Of a DNA stretch of 64,000 bases, positions 59,401 to 64,000 are shown in pieces; positions within the stretch are counted from its first letter, which is position 1; each line of letters starts with the position of its first letter. The stretch lies in the NCBI GenBank assembly GCA_013816135.1, contig JACDEV010000001.1:28994-92993 (forward strand), in the 5' to 3' direction. Both the position numbers and the translations under genes were made by a program. The notes under the pieces are model-generated. The model made no database searches and was not told the origin of the DNA. It was given only the letters and a program-made list of their open reading frames with translations. Source of the DNA: Patescibacteria group bacterium (GTDB lineage: Bacteria > Patescibacteriota > Minisyncoccia > Phycocordibacterales > DATDWN01).

Positions 59401-59787
59401 ATGAAGGAGGAAAGATTTAGCATAACAAACAAAACAAAAGACACGCTCCCACGCGTGCCTTTTGCTAATATAGCTGAAACGACTTTACCAAAAGATTATG
59501 TATTATCGTTAGTTTTCGTAGGAACAGGTGAATCAAAAAAACTAAATAAGAGTTATAGAAATAAAGATAAGCCCACAAACATTCTCAGCTTCCCTCTTGA
59601 TAAAAAAAATGGAGAAATATTTATTACTTTGTCTGTTGCGAAAAAAGAAGCCAAAAATTTTGATAGAAAAATTGATAATTTTGTAGCATTTCTGTTTATC
59701 CACGGTTTAATGCATTTGAAAGGATTCGATCACGGTAGTACAATGGAAAGAGCTGAGATAAAATTGCGAAAGCAATTTCGTATCTAG
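59401..59787 (+). CDS. ybeY: rRNA maturation endoribonuclease YbeY
   Basis: LN..YR.KDKPTNILSF, HGLMHLKGFDH. Confidence 0.95.
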   Translation: MKEERFSITNKTKDTLPRVPFANIAETTLPKDYVLSLVFVGTGESKKLNKSYRNKDKPTNILSFPLDKKNGEIFITLSVAKKEAKNFDRKIDNFVAFLFIHGLMHLKGFDHGSTMERAEIKLRKQFRI

Positions 59788-59794
59788 CACTTAC

Positions 59795-59988
59795 TTTTCC
59801 TAAAATTTTCGAAAGCCTTGCACAGGAAATTAGAAAATAACAGCGAGTCCCGTCAGCCGGAGACACTGTTTGAGGCTGCAGCCGAGTTTGTCGGGAGGCA
59901 AGGGACGAGCGCTTTATTTTCTTGATTTCCGAGCAGAGCAAAAGTCTAGAAAGACTTTATGCGAGCTTAAGAAAATTTTTTAGGAAAA
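59795..59988 (+). repeat. Branched palindromic element, copy 5 (long form)
   Basis: Core ttgcacag...cactgtttgaggctgcagccgagtttg...cgagcagagcaaaa-[hairpin]-tttatgcg. Confidence 0.8.
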
Positions 59989-59994
59989 AACCTT

Positions 59995-61176
59995 ATGTTA
60001 CGTAATATTGCAGTTGGAATAGATATTGGAACATACCAAGTGAAGGTGGTAGTTGCAGAACTTGTGAAGGAAAACGGAAAATCTGTTACAAAAATCATTG
60101 GTAGTGGGCTGACAGAATCAAAAGGCCTACGACATGGTTATATAATTAATAGCTCAGATGTAACTGAAAGCATTAGAACGGCTGTAAGACTTGCTGAAAA
60201 GACCTCAGGTGTAAAAATAAATAAAGCTTATATTGCAGTTGGTGGAATAGGTCTAACAGGTTTTACAGGCACAGCAAGTACTGTTATCAGCAGAGCAGAC
60301 TTACAAATCACAGAATTGGATATAGATAAGCTACACAAGATCTGCGAAGAAAGCTTGCCACAAAATTTGATCCAGAATCATAAGATACTACACAGCATTC
60401 CACTATCCTACAAAATCGATGGAAAAACACTTTTAGCAAAAAGCCCAATCGACATGAAAGGCACAAAGCTAGACGTAAAAATGCTTTTTGTAACTTGTCT
60501 GGAACCACATTTAAATGATTTATTAGAAGCAGTTGATGAAACAGGAATTCATGTAGTTGATGTCATGGCATCTCCTATTGCTGCTTCATTTGTTACTTTA
60601 TCCAAATCACAAAAAATGGCTGGTTGTGTCCTGGCAAATATCGGTGCGGAAACTGTTTCTATTGTCGTGTTTGAAAATAACATTCCTGTTTCATTGGAAG
60701 TATTCCCGATTGGCTCAACGGACATAACCAACGACATTGCCTTAGGTCTGAAAATTCCTCTTGAAGAAGCTGAAAATCTAAAGGTAGGAGGTATAGGAGC
60801 GAACTCTTATTCAAAAAAGAAACTTGATGAAATCATAACGGCAAGACTTTCTGATATGTTCGAATTGATAGAAAATCATTTAAAAAAAATTGGAAGAAAT
60901 GGACTACTTCCAGCTGGTATTTTTATTACTGGAGGAGGTGGAGGAGTCGGAACTATCGAAGACTTTGCTAAAATAGCTTTAAAACTTCCTTCCCGGATAG
61001 CGGCACTTTCTCTTGGCAATGAAAAAAATAATATGAAAGACTCTACTTGGGCAGTAGCTTACGGTTTATGTATGTTAGGACTATCAAAGGAAGAAAAAGT
61101 TAATCTCGGAATACAAAACACTATGCAGAAATCTGGAAAAATAATATCGGGTTGGATTCAAAAGTTTTTACCTTAA
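59995..61176 (+). CDS. ftsA: Cell division protein FtsA
   Basis: GIDIGT, SKGL.HG, NIGAET, ITNDIA, TGGGG; directly upstream of ftsZ. Confidence 0.95.
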   Translation: MLRNIAVGIDIGTYQVKVVVAELVKENGKSVTKIIGSGLTESKGLRHGYIINSSDVTESIRTAVRLAEKTSGVKINKAYIAVGGIGLTGFTGTASTVISRADLQITELDIDKLHKICEESLPQNLIQNHKILHSIPLSYKIDGKTLLAKSPIDMKGTKLDVKMLFVTCLEPHLNDLLEAVDETGIHVVDVMASPIAASFVTLSKSQKMAGCVLANIGAETVSIVVFENNIPVSLEVFPIGSTDITNDIALGLKIPLEEAENLKVGGIGANSYSKKKLDEIITARLSDMFELIENHLKKIGRNGLLPAGIFITGGGGGVGTIEDFAKIALKLPSRIAALSLGNEKNNMKDSTWAVAYGLCMLGLSKEEKVNLGIQNTMQKSGKIISGWIQKFLP

Positions 61177-61312
61177 TTTTTATATTTTTCTTCAAATTTA
61201 GCTTAAATTTGGCTGTAAATCACAGCACAAGGCTTTTTAGTGTCAATTGTTTTTATTTAAATCCTTTTCTGATATAGTACTCTTACTATTCAGAATTAAT
61301 CACAATCACCAC

Positions 61313-62458
61313 ATGCCCTTAATCAAACCAGACGTAGAAGCATTTGCTCGGATAAAAGTACTTGGTATCGGCGGTTCAGGAAAAAATGCACTGAATCACA
61401 TGATAAACTCTAAAGTAAAAGGTGTAGATTTTATTGCTATCAATACTGACTCTCAGGATCTTCATCATGTAATGGCAAAGAGAAAGATTCATATCGGAAA
61501 GAATCTTACACGGGGATTAGGAGCTGGAATGAACCCTGAACTTGGTAAGAGGGCTGTTGAGGAGACAAAGGAAGAGATTCAAGAAGCTGTAAAAGGAGCT
61601 GATATGGTTTTCATAACTTGCGGATTGGGTGGAGGTACTGGTACTGGTGCAGCTCCTATTGTTGCGCGAATCTCAAAAGAGATGGGAGCACTGACTGTTG
61701 CTGTAGTTACCAAGCCATTCTTTTTTGAAGGACAGCAGAGAATGAGACTTGCTGATGCTGGCTTGGATGAATTACGACAAGCAGTTGATGCGATAATCGT
61801 CATTCCTAATGACCGTTTACTTTCTACTATTAGCAAAGAAACTACAGCTAAAAATGCTTTTGGAATGGCCGATGACGTTTTGAAATCTGCAGTTGAAGGT
61901 ATTTCAGACCTTATTACTACTCCAGGAATAATCAACATCGACTTTGCAGATATAAAAGCTGTCATGGCTGATGCAGGGCCAGCTCTGATGGGTATCGGAA
62001 CAGCCTCAGGTGAAAAGCGTGCTGAGGAAGCTGCAAAGATGGCTATCAATTCCCCACTTTTGGAAGTTTCAATAAACGGAGCAAAAGGTGTTCTATTTTC
62101 TATAGCAGGTGGGGATGACTTAGGAATGTTCGAAATTCAAGATGCTGCCAAGATAATAACTGAATCTGTTGATCCAAATGCAAAAATCATATTTGGAACG
62201 GTTAAAGATGATAAGTTAAAAAAAGGAGAAGTTAAAATAACTGTCATTGCTTCAAATTTTCCTGAAAACTACACAAAGAAAACTCTCTTTCAATCAAATA
62301 AACCTGAAGTAGAAAAAGAGGTGGTTAGAGAAGAAAAAGGTAAAATTTATAATTCAATGCCATCATCTGCTCCTGAAGAAAAATCAAATGATAATTCCGA
62401 TGATGATGACGAATGGGGTGCTGTTCCTGCTTTTCTCCGACGTTCAAAGTTAAAATAA
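61313..62458 (+). CDS. ftsZ: Cell division protein FtsZ
   Basis: GLGAG, GGGTGTG, IPND, NIDFAD, C-terminal VPAFLRR. Confidence 0.98.
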   Translation: MPLIKPDVEAFARIKVLGIGGSGKNALNHMINSKVKGVDFIAINTDSQDLHHVMAKRKIHIGKNLTRGLGAGMNPELGKRAVEETKEEIQEAVKGADMVFITCGLGGGTGTGAAPIVARISKEMGALTVAVVTKPFFFEGQQRMRLADAGLDELRQAVDAIIVIPNDRLLSTISKETTAKNAFGMADDVLKSAVEGISDLITTPGIINIDFADIKAVMADAGPALMGIGTASGEKRAEEAAKMAINSPLLEVSINGAKGVLFSIAGGDDLGMFEIQDAAKIITESVDPNAKIIFGTVKDDKLKKGEVKITVIASNFPENYTKKTLFQSNKPEVEKEVVREEKGKIYNSMPSSAPEEKSNDNSDDDDEWGAVPAFLRRSKLK

Positions 62459-62466
62459 AGACTACA

Positions 62467-62639
62467 TAAATTTATTTTATTCACGTCCTCTTTTTTGTCG
62501 GATACAGCACAATTTCTTCTGTCTTCCGCAGACTCCCTCGGCTTCGGTCGCCCCACTAGGGTGGGGTTTAGTGCTCACGACTAGAAGAAATTGTTGGTAT
62601 CCGAGTCAAAAAATGCGGATGCTCAGAAAATAAATTTAC
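62467..62639. repeat. Long imperfect branched palindrome between ftsZ and trxB
   Basis: taaatttatttt/aaaataaattta, cggatac/gtatccg, caatttcttct/agaagaaattg, inner ccccac/gtgggg. Confidence 0.6.
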
Positions 62640-62674
62640 TTCCGTTAATAGGAAATTCAGTATAAAATATTTAT

Positions 62675-63595
62675 ATGACTTATGATTTAATTATTATCGG
62701 TGGAGGTCCTGCGGGTGTTGCAGCAGGAGTTTATGCTGCACGTAAAAGGTTAAAAACACTCCTTATTGCTCCGGAATTCGGTGGACAATCAGTTGTTTCA
62801 GATGGAATTGAAAATTGGATTGGTACAGTAAAAATTTCTGGCTCTGATTTAGCCCACGACCTTAAAGCACACTTACTTGCATATGCTGGAGAAACTGTTG
62901 ATATCAAGGAAGGTGAAACTGTAACAGATATTGTTAAAAATGAATCAGGATTTATAGTAAAATCAGAAAGTGAATACTCAGCAAAATCAATCCTAATAGC
63001 TACTGGAAGTACTCGACGGAAACTAGAAATTCCTGGTGCGGCAGAATTCGACAACAAAGGACTAACTTACTGCGCTTCATGTGATGGACCACTTTTTAGC
63101 GGACAGGATGTGGTTGTAATAGGTGGTGGTAATGCAGCATTTGAATCTGCAGCTCAGCTTTTAGCTTATTGTAAATCCGTAACCTTACTCAATCGAACTG
63201 ATAGTTTCAAAGCTGATGAGATAACAATTTCCAAACTAGAAAAAAATCCAAATTTTAAGATAATAAAAAATGCTGTGCCTACAGAAATAAAAGGCGATGG
63301 TTTTGTAAAAAGTATTATATACACTGATACAAAAACAGGAGAAAACCATGAAATAATTGCTCCAGGAATATTTGTAGAAATAGGACTTATACCTACAACT
63401 TATTTTGCAAAAAACATTATTGAATTAAATAAAATAGGTCAAATCCCTGTAGACCCTAGAAATCAACAAACAAAAGTTCCTGGAATATGGGCTGCTGGTG
63501 ATTGTACTGACGGACTTTACCACCAGAACAACATAGCCTCAGGAGACGCCGTAAAGGCTCTTGAGGACATCTATGTTTCAATGCACACCAAATAA
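62675..63595 (+). CDS. trxB: Thioredoxin reductase family FAD oxidoreductase
   Basis: GGGPAG, CASCDG redox motif, GGGNAA, AAGD. Confidence 0.92.
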   Translation: MTYDLIIIGGGPAGVAAGVYAARKRLKTLLIAPEFGGQSVVSDGIENWIGTVKISGSDLAHDLKAHLLAYAGETVDIKEGETVTDIVKNESGFIVKSESEYSAKSILIATGSTRRKLEIPGAAEFDNKGLTYCASCDGPLFSGQDVVVIGGGNAAFESAAQLLAYCKSVTLLNRTDSFKADEITISKLEKNPNFKIIKNAVPTEIKGDGFVKSIIYTDTKTGENHEIIAPGIFVEIGLIPTTYFAKNIIELNKIGQIPVDPRNQQTKVPGIWAAGDCTDGLYHQNNIASGDAVKALEDIYVSMHTK

Positions 63596-63596
63596 A

Positions 63597-64000
63597 CTAC
63601 TTGATATCTTTAATTTCTTTTTTAATCTTTCCTTCTATATTATCCAATTCTTCCTTCAAATCATCTTTTGTTTTCTGTTCTCTTCTTTTAACACCGGCAG
63701 CAGTTTTTGCACTGACTAGATAAGTTACATATGTAGATAAGCCATCTCTCAATTTATCAAATGATGTATGAAGCATCTCTTCAGCTTCTGATATTTCGTG
63801 ACCTTTTTTCTTCTTTGATCGTCTATAAAGGATCCACAAAATTATTAGAAGTAGCAAAAGAAGCAGTAACAATGAAAGGAGTGTGATTATTATCGTCATG
63901 TAATTTAAAATCAAGCCACCTAAACGAATAAAGCTAGACGACGTTACCTCAACAGTTATAGGATCTGATAAGCCACTAGCTGATCCACTTTCAGAAACGT
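63597..64000 (-). CDS. C-terminal part of a membrane-anchored surface protein (runs off the window end)
   Basis: Frame stays open to 64000 (VSESGSASGLSDPITVEV...), then a TM and a charged tail. Confidence 0.7.
   Translation of the reverse strand, partial: VSESGSASGLSDPITVEVTSSSFIRLGGLILNYMTIIITLLSLLLLLLLLLIILWILYRRSKKKKGHEISEAEEMLHTSFDKLRDGLSTYVTYLVSAKTAAGVKRREQKTKDDLKEELDNIEGKIKKEIKDIK

Noticed and set aside
1988-63057. Numerous antisense or alternate-frame ORFs inside recognised genes (for example 5599-6060, 13339-13992, 32172-33803, 61579-62049)
   Set aside because: Shadow ORFs of well-supported genes, with no independent motifs or initiation signals.
1-64000. CRISPR array, cas genes or rRNA
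   Set aside because: No regularly spaced repeat-spacer series, no cas-like ORF and no rRNA-like sequence were seen.
1-64000. Alternative genetic code (UGA recoding as in Gracilibacteria/Absconditabacteria)
   Set aside because: Core genes are full length under code 11, TGA serves as a stop (for example 10688, 41255), and the gyrA break is a frameshift rather than an in-frame TGA.

Overview
AT-rich bacterial chromosome segment in the standard genetic code. Gene content suggests a Patescibacteria/CPR (Parcubacteria-like) genome; this is an inference from the tandem small pilin-like genes, the lepB-hisS-like-rpsU-ybeY-ftsA-ftsZ block and sparse biosynthetic genes. It carries housekeeping genes (dnaX, serS, dprA, topA, relA/spoT, parB, murA, miaA, rpmG, clpB, iscS, infB, rbfA, a frameshifted gyrA, rpsA, pth, lepB, ftsA, ftsZ, trxB), 8 tRNA genes and a truncated serine recombinase beside tRNA-Tyr. 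Four things stand out. (1) Four tRNA genes are followed by trailers on a shared scaffold that carry an antisense copy and downstream sense copies of the 3' end of their own tRNA; a fifth tRNA has a reduced variant. (2) A ~550-nt ORF-free, highly structured transcript with its own promoter and terminator lies at 4533-5090. (3) A five-copy family of branched palindromic intergenic elements with covarying cores lies at 50-60 kb. (4) About 18 self-contained modules, mostly orphan genes with promoter, SD and terminator, are interleaved among near-leaderless core genes. No CRISPR array, rRNA or intact transposase was seen. Product calls come from motif recognition by eye, not from database searches.
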